Below, in pieces: positions 22,208 to 32,196 of a stretch of 64,000 nucleotides of DNA. The stretch lies in the NCBI GenBank assembly GCA_963782055.1, contig CAWAIF010000003.1:448001-512000 (forward strand), written 5' to 3'. The notes beneath the pieces are model-generated. The model searched no databases. It saw only the letters and a program-made list of their open reading frames with translations, and was not told where the DNA came from. Each line of letters begins with the position of its first letter. The first letter of the stretch is position 1. The DNA is from an uncultured delta proteobacterium. Its GTDB lineage: Bacteria; Myxococcota_A; Polyangia; Polyangiales; Polyangiaceae. A program made the translations under genes and the position numbers.

Positions 22208-23602
22208 ATGAGCGACCCCATCGACCGTGACCTTCAACGCCTCCTCGATCTCGGCGACGCCATCGTCGCCCGCGCGACCGAGGGCGGCGCGACTGTTGCA
22301 GAATGCATGCTTCGCACGGGGGCCGAGCTCTCGGCCAAGGTGCGCCTGGGCGAGCCAGAGCTCGTCGAGGAGGCGGGCCACCGCGCCGCCGGCCTGCGCG
22401 TGATGAAGGGCCAGCGCGTTGCCAGCACCTCCACCAGCAATCTCTCGGAGGCCGGCCTCGCGCGCTTCGTGCGCGACGCGCTCGACCTGGTGGAGCTCTC
22501 ACAGGAAGACCCATCCGCCGGCCCCGCCAATCCGAAGCTCCTCTGCGATCCGACGAAGGCGCCCGATCTCGACCTGTACGACCCCAAGGGTGGCGCGGTC
22601 ACCGCGGCGGAGGCCATCGCCTGGGCGAAGAAGGGGGAGGCCGCCGCGCGCGAGTTCGACCCGCGCATCACCAACAGCGAGGGCGCGACCTTCGGACGCA
22701 CCGCCGGCGGGATCGCGCTGGTGCTCTCGGGCGGCTTCCGCGCCGCGTACAAGGGCTCCTACGCGTCGCTCAGCGTCGTGCCGGTCGCCGACGACGCGGG
22801 CGGCAAGAAGCGCCGCGGCTACCACTGGACCGCGCGCCGCTACCTCGCCGACCTGGACGACGCGGAGTCGGTCGGGCGCGAGGCCGCGCGCCGCACCCTG
22901 CGCAAGCTGGGCGCGCGCACGGTCGCCTCCTGCGAGGCGCCCGTCGTCTTCGATCCCGACGCCGCCCGGTCCATCCTGGGCCTGCTCGCGGGGTGCGTCA
23001 TGGGCAGCTCCATCTGGCGCAAGTCGAGCTACCTGCTCGGCCGGGAGGGCACGCGCGTCGCGAGCGATCTCGTCACCGTCATCGACGACCCGCTCCTGCC
23101 GCGCGGGCCGGGGTCGCGCCCCTTCGACGGCGAGGGCCTCGCGAGCCGCAAGAACATGGTCGTGGAGAGGGGCATGCTGCGCACCTACCTCTGCGACAGC
23201 TACGCCGCGCGCAAGCTCTCCCGCGAGAGCACCGGCAGCGCCTCGCGCGGCGGCGGCGCGGGCGTGGGACCGAGCACCAGCAACTTCGTCCTGCAGCCGG
23301 GGACCGACACCAACGAGGCCATCGTCAAGGGCACCAAGCGCGGCCTGTACGTGACCGAGATGATGGGCTTCGGCTTCAACGCCGTCACCGGTGACTTCTC
23401 CCGCGGCGCCAGCGGCTTCTGGATCGAGAACGGCGAGCTCGCCTACCCGGTGAGCGAGCTCACCATCTCGCTCAACGTGGACGATCTCTGGCAGCGCATC
23501 GACGCCGTCGGGTCGGACCTGGACCTGCGCACCGCCACCGCCTCGCCGACGCTGCGCGTCGGCAAGATGACGATCGCCGGCGGCGGCTCCGGCGAGGAGT
23601 GA
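22208..23602 (+). CDS. pmbA: TldE/PmbA family metalloprotease subunit
   Basis: SRPFDGEG, STGSASRG, GFNAVTGDFSRGASGFWIENGELAYPV; no HEXXH, so the PmbA rather than TldD type. Confidence 0.88.
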   Translation: MSDPIDRDLQRLLDLGDAIVARATEGGATVAECMLRTGAELSAKVRLGEPELVEEAGHRAAGLRVMKGQRVASTSTSNLSEAGLARFVRDALDLVELSQEDPSAGPANPKLLCDPTKAPDLDLYDPKGGAVTAAEAIAWAKKGEAAAREFDPRITNSEGATFGRTAGGIALVLSGGFRAAYKGSYASLSVVPVADDAGGKKRRGYHWTARRYLADLDDAESVGREAARRTLRKLGARTVASCEAPVVFDPDAARSILGLLAGCVMGSSIWRKSSYLLGREGTRVASDLVTVIDDPLLPRGPGSRPFDGEGLASRKNMVVERGMLRTYLCDSYAARKLSRESTGSASRGGGAGVGPSTSNFVLQPGTDTNEAIVKGTKRGLYVTEMMGFGFNAVTGDFSRGASGFWIENGELAYPVSELTISLNVDDLWQRIDAVGSDLDLRTATASPTLRVGKMTIAGGGSGEE

Positions 23603-23603
23603 C

Positions 23604-23936
23604 GTGTCGCCGGAGGAGATCAAGGCGCTGCGCCGCGAGCTGAAGTGCACCGCCCGCGAGCTCGCCGGCGCGCTCGGCCTGGAGCAGGCCACCGTGCTCA
23701 AGTGGGAGGACGGCGAGCTGTTCCCCACCAGGCAGTACGTCGACAAGATGAACGCCCTCCGCGAGAAGGGCCCGGGCGCGGTCCCGAAGAAGACCAAGGC
23801 GCTCGGCGATCCGATCAAGGCGCTCGGCGATCCGCAGGTCTGGGAGCTGCTCCGCAAGATCGCCGCCCACAAGAAGCTACGCGACGAGGTGGCGAAGCTC
23901 GCCGCCGGCTACCCGGATCCCGCCGGCGATCCGTGA
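23604..23936 (+). CDS. XRE-family helix-turn-helix protein
   Basis: EIKALRRELKCTARELAGALGLEQATVLKWEDG; starts 1 nt after the pmbA stop. Confidence 0.8.
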   Translation: MSPEEIKALRRELKCTARELAGALGLEQATVLKWEDGELFPTRQYVDKMNALREKGPGAVPKKTKALGDPIKALGDPQVWELLRKIAAHKKLRDEVAKLAAGYPDPAGDP

Positions 23937-24047
23937 CCGGATCGGCGCGGCTCTGCCGTGGAGGGCTCGCGATGCAACGCGTGCAGCCGCCGCAAGGAAT
24001 GCAACGTCTGCCGTGGCCAATGTCCCGAAATGTCGGCACAAGCGGTC

Positions 24048-24063
24048 GGGCACGGGAGGTGCT
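24048..24063 (+). promoter_or_regulatory. Possible sigma54 -24/-12 promoter
   Basis: GG(24049-50)-CACGGGAGGT-GC(24061-62)T, with an ATGCAACG direct repeat upstream (23972, 23999). Confidence 0.4.
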
Positions 24064-24074
24064 TGAGGGAGGGC

Positions 24075-24629
24075 ATGAAACACCTCACGACCTCGATGCT
24101 CGGCATCCTCTGCCTCGCGCTCGCCGCGTGCGCCAGCGAGACAGGGGCCGTGCAGACCACCTCGGCAACCTTGCCGCCACCCAACGCCCAGGGCGAGTAC
24201 ACCGTCCCCTGGCCGACGTTCGGGCACGGGGAGGCACGCTTCATCACCATCCAGCTCGGGCCGGACACGTACGCCTACTGCCGGAACGTGAGCCCCAAGT
24301 TCCCCTTCGACCAGTCGGTCACGTACGTGCAGTATCGCGACCAGCTCCAGGCGCTCGCCTCGTGCTTGAAGCACCCCGCGATGGAAGGGCGACACGTGGT
24401 GCTCGTCGGCCGCGCGGACTCGCGCGGCCCCGATGACTACAACATCAAGCTCGGGGCGCGTCGGGCGGACGCCATCCGGAAGATCCTCATCGAGTCCGGC
24501 GTCCCGGCGGACCGGATCGAGACCGTGTCGTACGGCGCGCGTGGCGCCAGGGGCATGCTCCCCAGCTACTCCGACGGTTACGACCGGCGCGTCGACGTCG
24601 TCGTCACCGGGGGCACCCACCAGCCGTGA
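24075..24629 (+). CDS. OmpA/Pal-family peptidoglycan-binding lipoprotein
   Basis: Lipobox LALAAC; FPFDQS, LVGRADSRG..DYNIKLGARRA, VSYG and DRRVD motifs. Confidence 0.88.
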   Translation: MKHLTTSMLGILCLALAACASETGAVQTTSATLPPPNAQGEYTVPWPTFGHGEARFITIQLGPDTYAYCRNVSPKFPFDQSVTYVQYRDQLQALASCLKHPAMEGRHVVLVGRADSRGPDDYNIKLGARRADAIRKILIESGVPADRIETVSYGARGARGMLPSYSDGYDRRVDVVVTGGTHQP

Positions 24630-24725
24630 ATTCGAGTCCGAGCCGGGGGCTCGGCCGACGAACGACGACGACCGAGGCCGCAGGCCGAGGGAAGGCGATG
24701 AAGTGGACGCGCGGGAACGCGGCGC

Positions 24726-25844
<1,119 letters not shown>

Positions 25845-25871
25845 GGTGGGATCTCTCGCGGGGGGGCCGCG

Positions 25872-26654
25872 TCAGTCCTCGAGGGTTTCGGGGGAGGGGG
25901 CGTCGGTCACCTCGACGTACAGCGGCGCGAGGGGCTCGGTCTGCTGCAGGCGTGTCATCCGGAGCCGCGTCATCTCCAGCAAGGCGAGGAAGGTGATGAC
26001 CAGGTCGAACCGGGTCGCCAGGTCGGCGAAGAGCTCGTCGAAGGTCATGCGCTTGCGTGCGCGCAGGACGTCGACGAGCTCGTGGATGCGATCGGTGATG
26101 CTGATGCGGTCGGGCATCACGTCGTGCGCGACCTTCACCTTGGCGCGCGAGAGCACGCGCTGGAAGGCCTCCAGCAGGGAGTAGAGCGGGACCTCCGCGA
26201 GAGGCGGCAGCTCCCCGGTGGGCGCCTCGTCCACCGGCGCGCCGCGGCCGAAGGTGTCGCGCCCGGAGAGGCCGCGCGAGGCGAGCTCCTCCCCGGCGAG
26301 CTTGTACTTCTGGTACTCGAGCAGGCGGCGGATGAGCGCCTCGCGCGGGTCCTCCTCCTCGCCGAGCGCCTCGTCTTCCTGACCAGGCGGCGGGGACGGC
26401 AGGAGCATCTTGCTCTTGATGTGCGCGAGCGTCGCCGCCATCAGCAAGTACTCGCTGGCGACGTCCAGGCTGAGCATCTGCATGACCGCGAGGTACTCCA
26501 GGTACTTCTCGGTCACGAAGCCGATGGGGATGTTCAGGATGTCCAGCTCGTGCTTCTGGCAGAGGTGAAGCAACAGGTCGAGCGGGCCCTCGAAAGCCGG
26601 GAGGCTGACGTGGTAGGCGGCGCTGCCGGCGCCTGTGGGCTCGGGCTCGGACAT
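25872..26654 (-). CDS. scpA: Segregation/condensation protein ScpA
   Basis: FEGPLDLLLHL, ASEYLLMAATLAHIKSKMLLP and ITFLALLEM motifs. Start MSEPEP at 26654. Confidence 0.94.
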   Translation of the reverse strand: MSEPEPTGAGSAAYHVSLPAFEGPLDLLLHLCQKHELDILNIPIGFVTEKYLEYLAVMQMLSLDVASEYLLMAATLAHIKSKMLLPSPPPGQEDEALGEEEDPREALIRRLLEYQKYKLAGEELASRGLSGRDTFGRGAPVDEAPTGELPPLAEVPLYSLLEAFQRVLSRAKVKVAHDVMPDRISITDRIHELVDVLRARKRMTFDELFADLATRFDLVITFLALLEMTRLRMTRLQQTEPLAPLYVEVTDAPSPETLED

Positions 26655-26704
26655 CGAACGCACCCGTCTACCTTTCGCGCCGCCCGGACTCAAGGGGCAG
26701 GCCC

Positions 26705-27781
26705 CTACTTCGGCGCGGGGCAGGCGGGGGTCGTGTCCTTGCCGGCGAAGAACTCCGCCAGCAGGGCCTTCCAGGCGCGGCCGTTCTCCGGCGGGCCGCA
26801 CTTGAATGGCCTTCCACCCGGGAGGCGCTCGTGGTGGAGCACCGCGCGCTCCTCCTTGTACCAGCGCAGCGCCAGCTCGGCCGCGTACTCGCGGACGGGC
26901 GCGCCGTTGTTCCCCTGGAAGGCGTAATAGGTGCCGCCCCGCACCCTGGTGTCGTTGGGGGCGTAGGGGGCGAGGCACGCCACGTTCATCCGGCCGCACT
27001 TCTTGACGATGGCGTCGTAGTCGGCGGAGAGCGCGCGGTACGACCAGTCGCCGTGGGCGTCGTCGTTCATGTGGAAGATCTCGTGGAAGAGCGTCTCGCG
27101 CACGCCCTTCTCGCTGCGCAGGAGGGAGCCGGCGACGTTGTAGCCGAGCGACCAGCCGATCACAGCCGAGCCCGCGGGCCGCGGACCGCGGGCGTAGGCC
27201 GAGGGCGTCGTACGCCCCACCGACCGCAGGAAGCGGAAGGTGAGCCCGCGCCAGCGGTAAGGCGGGGGGCTGGCGCCGTAGAGATCTGCGTAGAATGCGT
27301 TGAAATCGGCGGCGGCCGCGCGCACCCACTCCAGCTGCTGGCGGTACTTGTCGACGGGCAGCTCCGGCACGAGGTGGATGCGGCCGCGGAAGCCGCCATC
27401 CATCCACTGCTCCTCCTCCAGCCCGGCGACGTCGCCGGTCACCCCGTACAGGTCCAGGGCGACGGCGCGTGCCTTCGGGTGAGGCAGGTAGAGCCGGCCG
27501 ATGAGGCACCGCGTGTCGTGCTTGCACGCCGCCGGTGCGCCGCCCTTCGGGTAGAGCGCGCGCTCCGCCGCCGCGGGATCCACCACCGCCGCCGCGTCGA
27601 GCGCGCCTCCCGCCTCCGGTCCGGCCTCCGTGCCCGCGTCCTCTCCCCCCGCGCCGGTCTCCGGCGGGCGCGCTTGCGCCGCGCGCTGCTCCGCGCTCGG
27701 CCCGGGGGAGGGGCCGGACTTGGGCGTCGTGCACGCGAGCACGGCGAGGAGCGCCGCCGCCGCCGCGTGCGCAAAGGTCAC
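26705..27781 (-). CDS. Lipoprotein with an HEXXH zinc-metallopeptidase motif
   Basis: Lipobox LAVLAC; TLFHEIFHMND with a downstream EYAAE; GTG overlaps the manC stop. Confidence 0.65.
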   Translation of the reverse strand: MTFAHAAAAALLAVLACTTPKSGPSPGPSAEQRAAQARPPETGAGGEDAGTEAGPEAGGALDAAAVVDPAAAERALYPKGGAPAACKHDTRCLIGRLYLPHPKARAVALDLYGVTGDVAGLEEEQWMDGGFRGRIHLVPELPVDKYRQQLEWVRAAAADFNAFYADLYGASPPPYRWRGLTFRFLRSVGRTTPSAYARGPRPAGSAVIGWSLGYNVAGSLLRSEKGVRETLFHEIFHMNDDAHGDWSYRALSADYDAIVKKCGRMNVACLAPYAPNDTRVRGGTYYAFQGNNGAPVREYAAELALRWYKEERAVLHHERLPGGRPFKCGPPENGRAWKALLAEFFAGKDTTPACPAPK

Positions 27782-28857
27782 AGCAGGTCCGTGCGGCCCG
27801 CGGCGCGCAGCGCGTCGACGATCGCGCGCACGTCCTGCGCGCGGTCGCGCGGGAGCACCAGCACCGCGTCGTCGGTCTCCACCAGCACAAGATCGGAGAC
27901 GCCCAGCAGTGCGTAGGTGCGCTTCGGCCCGGCGCCGCGTCGGTCCCAGACGAGGTTGCCGCGCGCGTCCACCGCCACCGTGCCCTCCGGGACGGCGTTC
28001 TTCGCGGCGTCGTGCGGTGCGAGCTCCCAGCAGCTCAGCCAGCTCCCCACGTCGTTCCAGGTGAAGGTCGCCGGGACCACCGCCAGCCGCCGCTCCTTCT
28101 CCATGATCCCGACGTCGATGGACACCGAGGGCAGGGTGGGGAAGACGTTCGCGAGCGCGGCCGCCTCGTCGCCCCGCGCGGCCGCCGCGTCCAGCGCGGC
28201 CATCGCCGCCGCCACCTCCGGCAGGTGCTCGCGCACGGCGTCCATCATCAGCTTGCCCTGGAAGAAGAACATCCCGGCGTTCCAGAGGTGCTTGCCGCCC
28301 GCCACGTAGCGCTCGGCGAGCGCCAGGTCGGGCTTCTCCACGAAACGCACCACGTCGCGCAGGCCGGGCGAGAGCTCCTCCCCCGTCTCGATGTAGCCGT
28401 AGCCCGTCTCCGGCCGGGTGGGCACCACGCCGATGGTGGTGATGTAGCCGCGTTGCGCGCTCTCCACGGCGCGGTCGAGCGAGGCCACGAAGCCCGCCTC
28501 GTCGGCGATGAAGTGGTCGGCGGGGAAGACCGCCACGACCGCCTCCGGCTCCGCACGCAGGATGGTGGCCGTCGCCCACGCGATGCAGGGCGCGGTGTTG
28601 CGCGGGGCCGGCTCCGCCAGGATGTTGCGGCGTGGGATCTCCGGGAGCGCGCTCGCCGTCGCCTCCACCAGGTGCGCGCCGGTGGCGATGACCATGCGCT
28701 CGTGCGGGACGCGGGCGGCGAGGCGGTTCACGGTGGCGCGCAGCAGCGAGTCGTCGCCGACCAGCGACAGGAGCTGCTTCGGGTGCGCGGCGCGCGACGC
28801 TGGCCAGAAGCGCGTGCCCGCGCCGCCGGCGATGATGACCGCATGAAGGGGCGACAT
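27778..28857 (-). CDS. manC: Mannose-1-phosphate guanylyltransferase
   Basis: IIAGGAGTRFWPASR..PKQ, EPAPRNTAPC, PADHFI, PETGYGYI, FVEKP, WNAGMF and WNDVGSW motifs. Confidence 0.93.
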   Translation of the reverse strand: MSPLHAVIIAGGAGTRFWPASRAAHPKQLLSLVGDDSLLRATVNRLAARVPHERMVIATGAHLVEATASALPEIPRRNILAEPAPRNTAPCIAWATATILRAEPEAVVAVFPADHFIADEAGFVASLDRAVESAQRGYITTIGVVPTRPETGYGYIETGEELSPGLRDVVRFVEKPDLALAERYVAGGKHLWNAGMFFFQGKLMMDAVREHLPEVAAAMAALDAAAARGDEAAALANVFPTLPSVSIDVGIMEKERRLAVVPATFTWNDVGSWLSCWELAPHDAAKNAVPEGTVAVDARGNLVWDRRGAGPKRTYALLGVSDLVLVETDDAVLVLPRDRAQDVRAIVDALRAAGRTDLL

Positions 28858-28973
28858 GGCCCGGACCGTAGAGCCCTTTTCGGCCGAAGGGAACGGTCCG
28901 CCGCAGGTGGCTCATCCTCCGAAATCGTCGCGGGTTTTTCGACCCCGCGCGCCCGCCGCGGTACTGGTGGCAC

Positions 28974-30677
28974 ATGCGGCCGCCGCGCGCCCGTCTCCGG
29001 ATCCTGGCGCTCCTCGCCGTCCTCGCAGCGCTCGCGCTGCTGATGGGGTGCGAGCGCGACTACGGTCCCTCCCTCATCCAGGTGGACGCCCTCGCGCCCC
29101 GTCAGGTCGAGCTGGGCGATCGCCTGGAGGTGTCCGGCGTCGGCTTTCCGCAGGGGCACGAGGCGCGGCTCACCTTCCGCGGGGTGCTGCATCGGCCCGG
29201 CGAGGACCCCGTCACCGGCGCCTCGATCGACGTGGAGGGCGAGGTCGCCGCCCCCGACCGCATCGAGGTGCCCGTCACCGCCGCCGTGCTCGCCCTCTTC
29301 TGCCGGGGCGGCGCGCTCGCGGTCCACACGACCTTCGAGGGCGCGCTCGACGTGGTGTTCGCCGCCTCGTCCCCTGGGGCTCCGCCCGTCGCCGGCACCC
29401 TGCTCCAAACCACCCTCGACCTGATGCCGCCCTCGCCCTCGCGTGCGATCGCCCTCGACGACGCGCAGGAGGCGAGCCGGCTTCTGGCGGCCGTGGGACT
29501 TCACGCCGGCACGCCGCAGCCAGGGGGCGGTCTGGTGATCGCCTCCGTCGACGCGCAGTCCCCCGCCGCCCGCGCGGGGCTCCTCCCCGACGACCTCGTC
29601 GTCGCCGCCTCCGGCGTGCGCACGCAGACCCTGGCCGACCTCGCGCCGCCGCCGTCCGCGACGGCGGTGACGCTCGCCGTGCGCCGCGGGGCCGGCGCGC
29701 GCGAGGAACTGCACCAGCTCGCGGTGCCCGCCGGCGCCGCCGCCGCGCCGCGCCGCTTCGCCGTGCCCGCCATCCTCGTGGCCGCGGTGGCGCTGCTCAT
29801 CCTGCTCCGCCACCTGCCGCGCGGGGCGACCATCCCCTGGCTGCGCGCGCGCGCCGCCGACCGCGGCCCGACGTCGGAGACGGAGGACGTGCCCGTCTCG
29901 CTCTGGGCCGCCGGCTCGGTGCTCGTCTTCCTGCTCGGGTGGCTCGCGCCGCGCGCCGACGTGAGCCTCGTGCTTCTCGTCAGCTGGATGGCGCTCGCGT
30001 GCACCAGCCTCCTCGCCTCGCGCTCCCTCGGCGCCGGCGCCGTCCGCGCCCTGCACACCGTCGTGCGGTCGCTGCTGCCCGCCATCGCCTGCTTCGCGGT
30101 GGTCACCACCCTCGGCTCGCTGCGCGCCGACGAGATCACCGCCGTTCAGGGCGGCTGGCCATGGGGCTTCGGGCTCTTCCGCGGGCCGGCGCACCCGCTC
30201 CTCGGCGTCGCCGCGCTGCTGCCCTTCTGCGTGCGCACCCGCGACGGCGCGGCGGCCTCGTCCCACCTGGCGCGCGCAGAAGCCCTCGCCCGGCTGCTCG
30301 GGTGCGCCCTCTTCGCGATCCTCTTCCTCGGTGGGGCGCGCGTCCCGGGCCTCGCCTCCGGCCAGGCTCGACCGTGGGCGCTCGTGGGCGCAGGCATCCT
30401 GCTCCTCAAGACGTGGGCGGCGCTGGGGCTTCTGACCCGGCTCAGGCGTGCCATCCCCGAGCTCACCTCCCGCGCCTTCACCGTCTGGCTCCTCAAGTGG
30501 GCGGCGCCCGCGGCGCTCGCGGCGTCCCTGGTCGCCTGGGTCTGGGAGGCGCGTGTGGCCGACCACGGCCTGCGCGCAGCCACGAGCTTCGCCACGCTCG
30601 CGCTGGTCGCGGCGCTGCTGCTGGCGCTGGTGCCCGGGCGCCCCGCCAAGCGGCCCGCCCTCGACGCCTTCCTGTAG
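28974..30677 (+). CDS. Lipoprotein/Ig-like + PDZ + degenerate NuoH-like membrane domain fusion
   Basis: Lipobox LLMGC; PDZ signature IASVDAQSPAARAGLLPDDLVV; NuoH-like GSLRADEITAVQGGWPW, AE...ALFAILFLGG and LLLKTW...LRRAIP. Confidence 0.7.
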   Translation: MRPPRARLRILALLAVLAALALLMGCERDYGPSLIQVDALAPRQVELGDRLEVSGVGFPQGHEARLTFRGVLHRPGEDPVTGASIDVEGEVAAPDRIEVPVTAAVLALFCRGGALAVHTTFEGALDVVFAASSPGAPPVAGTLLQTTLDLMPPSPSRAIALDDAQEASRLLAAVGLHAGTPQPGGGLVIASVDAQSPAARAGLLPDDLVVAASGVRTQTLADLAPPPSATAVTLAVRRGAGAREELHQLAVPAGAAAAPRRFAVPAILVAAVALLILLRHLPRGATIPWLRARAADRGPTSETEDVPVSLWAAGSVLVFLLGWLAPRADVSLVLLVSWMALACTSLLASRSLGAGAVRALHTVVRSLLPAIACFAVVTTLGSLRADEITAVQGGWPWGFGLFRGPAHPLLGVAALLPFCVRTRDGAAASSHLARAEALARLLGCALFAILFLGGARVPGLASGQARPWALVGAGILLLKTWAALGLLTRLRRAIPELTSRAFTVWLLKWAAPAALAASLVAWVWEARVADHGLRAATSFATLALVAALLLALVPGRPAKRPALDAFL

Positions 30678-30726
30678 CCGAAGGCCGGTGTGGACAGGGC
30701 GCGGCCGTGCGCCTAAAGGATTGCCG

Positions 30727-31479
30727 ATGGTGTATCGCGGCCCGGCAGACGCGGGGGCGCCGGGACGTCAGCGCTTCGTGTACATCCCCCGGCCGCGGAC
30801 GTGGCGCGCGTGGGTGGTGGACCTCATGGTGCTCGTCTCGGTGGTGACCGTGATCGCCATGGTCGCGCACCGCGACGTCGTCACGTGCCGCTGGGCCAAC
30901 GCACGCGCCTCGTGCGACCTCGCCGAGGAGACCGCCCTCGGCAACGTCACCCACCGGACCTTTGGCGGCATTCACTCGGCGGCCTACCGTGTGGGCACGC
31001 GCGTCGGCTTCGTGACCGACACCAACAACCGCGACGCCAACGCCCTGTTCGCCACGCGGGAGCTCGTCCTCGCCGACGAGGCCTCCGCCGAGAAGGTGGA
31101 GGCCTTCGCCAACGATCGCGATCCCGACGTCGTCTCGGTCACCGGCGGCGCGTCGCACCCGCTCGCGTACACCCTCGGTCTGTTGGCCATCCTGCTCACG
31201 TACACGCTCGTCACGCGCAGCCCCGCGTACTCTCTGGTCATCGACAGGGGCGAGCGCCTGCTCTTCCTGCGCAAGGGCCGCAACGTGGAGCGCTTCGAGC
31301 TCGCCACGGTGGAGGGAATGGACGTGGAGAACAAGGCGGCGGGGCTGCATCGCGTTCGCCTCCGCCTCGCGGGAGCGAAGCCCAGGCCGCTCACCCCGGA
31401 CTTCTACCCCGGCGGTCATCACCACGACTTCGCGGCGGAGGTCTCGAGCGCCCTCGCCCCGCAGGACGCCGGGGGATGA
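30727..31479 (+). CDS. Two-TM membrane protein of unknown function
   Basis: Two hydrophobic segments flanking a C..C-containing loop, then a C-terminal beta-rich domain; typical codon bias. Confidence 0.65.
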   Translation: MVYRGPADAGAPGRQRFVYIPRPRTWRAWVVDLMVLVSVVTVIAMVAHRDVVTCRWANARASCDLAEETALGNVTHRTFGGIHSAAYRVGTRVGFVTDTNNRDANALFATRELVLADEASAEKVEAFANDRDPDVVSVTGGASHPLAYTLGLLAILLTYTLVTRSPAYSLVIDRGERLLFLRKGRNVERFELATVEGMDVENKAAGLHRVRLRLAGAKPRPLTPDFYPGGHHHDFAAEVSSALAPQDAGG

Positions 31480-31868
31480 GACGAGCGCTCGCGTCGGTCG
31501 TCGTCGCGGCGTTCGCCCTCGCGGCCTGCGCCTCCAGCGCCGGCAGCGTGGACCCGCAGCCCGCGTGCATGGAGCGCGCGGCCTGGCCCGACAGGACCTC
31601 GGCGGCGTGCACCCAGTGCCTGGGCGACGCCGTCCTGCCAGCCTGCTCGTGCCGCACCGACCCGGGCGCGGCGGCGTGCGCCACGCAGCAGCAGGCGCAG
31701 GATCTGGAGCCGGACTGCGCCGACGTGCAGCCGTGCCTGCTCGCATGCGCGGGCGACTGCGCGTGCGTCGGTGGCTGCTACGCCGGCCACGACGCCTGCC
31801 GCCACGTCGCGGCGAACCTGCAGGGGTGCCTGATCGACGTCTGCGCGACGGCGTGTGGCGGGCGCTGA
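31476..31868 (+). CDS. Small Cys-rich lipoprotein
   Basis: Lipobox ALAAC plus 16 further Cys in about 110 aa; ATGA-coupled to the upstream gene. Confidence 0.75.
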   Translation: MRRALASVVVAAFALAACASSAGSVDPQPACMERAAWPDRTSAACTQCLGDAVLPACSCRTDPGAAACATQQQAQDLEPDCADVQPCLLACAGDCACVGGCYAGHDACRHVAANLQGCLIDVCATACGGR

Positions 31869-32001
31869 GCGTGAGGATGGGCAGGACGCTCCGGTAGGCC
31901 GTGGGCTGGGGCAGGCCGCCTTATCGTCCTGAAATAAGTAAGTTATATCGGTATGTTGCAAGAAAAGCGACATGCGCGACCGTTTACTACTTGCGCGTAC
32001 A

Positions 32002-32017
32002 TGTAGGACAACCTACA
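32002..32017. promoter_or_regulatory. Perfect palindrome TGTAGG-ACAA-CCTACA, candidate operator
   Basis: Lies in an AT-rich intergenic patch (31920-32020) upstream of the YegP-repeat gene. Confidence 0.4.
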
Positions 32018-32196
32018 AGTGCACCTGCGTCGCGGGCGAGCCCCGCGCGAACGGTGTTTGCGATCCCCGAAGCCCAGTCCGGGTGGCACCTCGCGAAGGC
32101 CCCATCGATCGTGATGTCGAGCGCTCCGCCCCCGTGGCGAGCAGGAGACCCGGTCGGTGCTCCATCGCAGGAGTTTAGGTCCCCGGAGTCTCGCAA

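Noticed and set aside
32020..32175. Cobalamin or c-di-GMP riboswitch (GCAGGAGACC; GCAAAC on the minus strand)
   Set aside because: Only isolated words match; the B12-box and GEMM core elements are not present in the right order.
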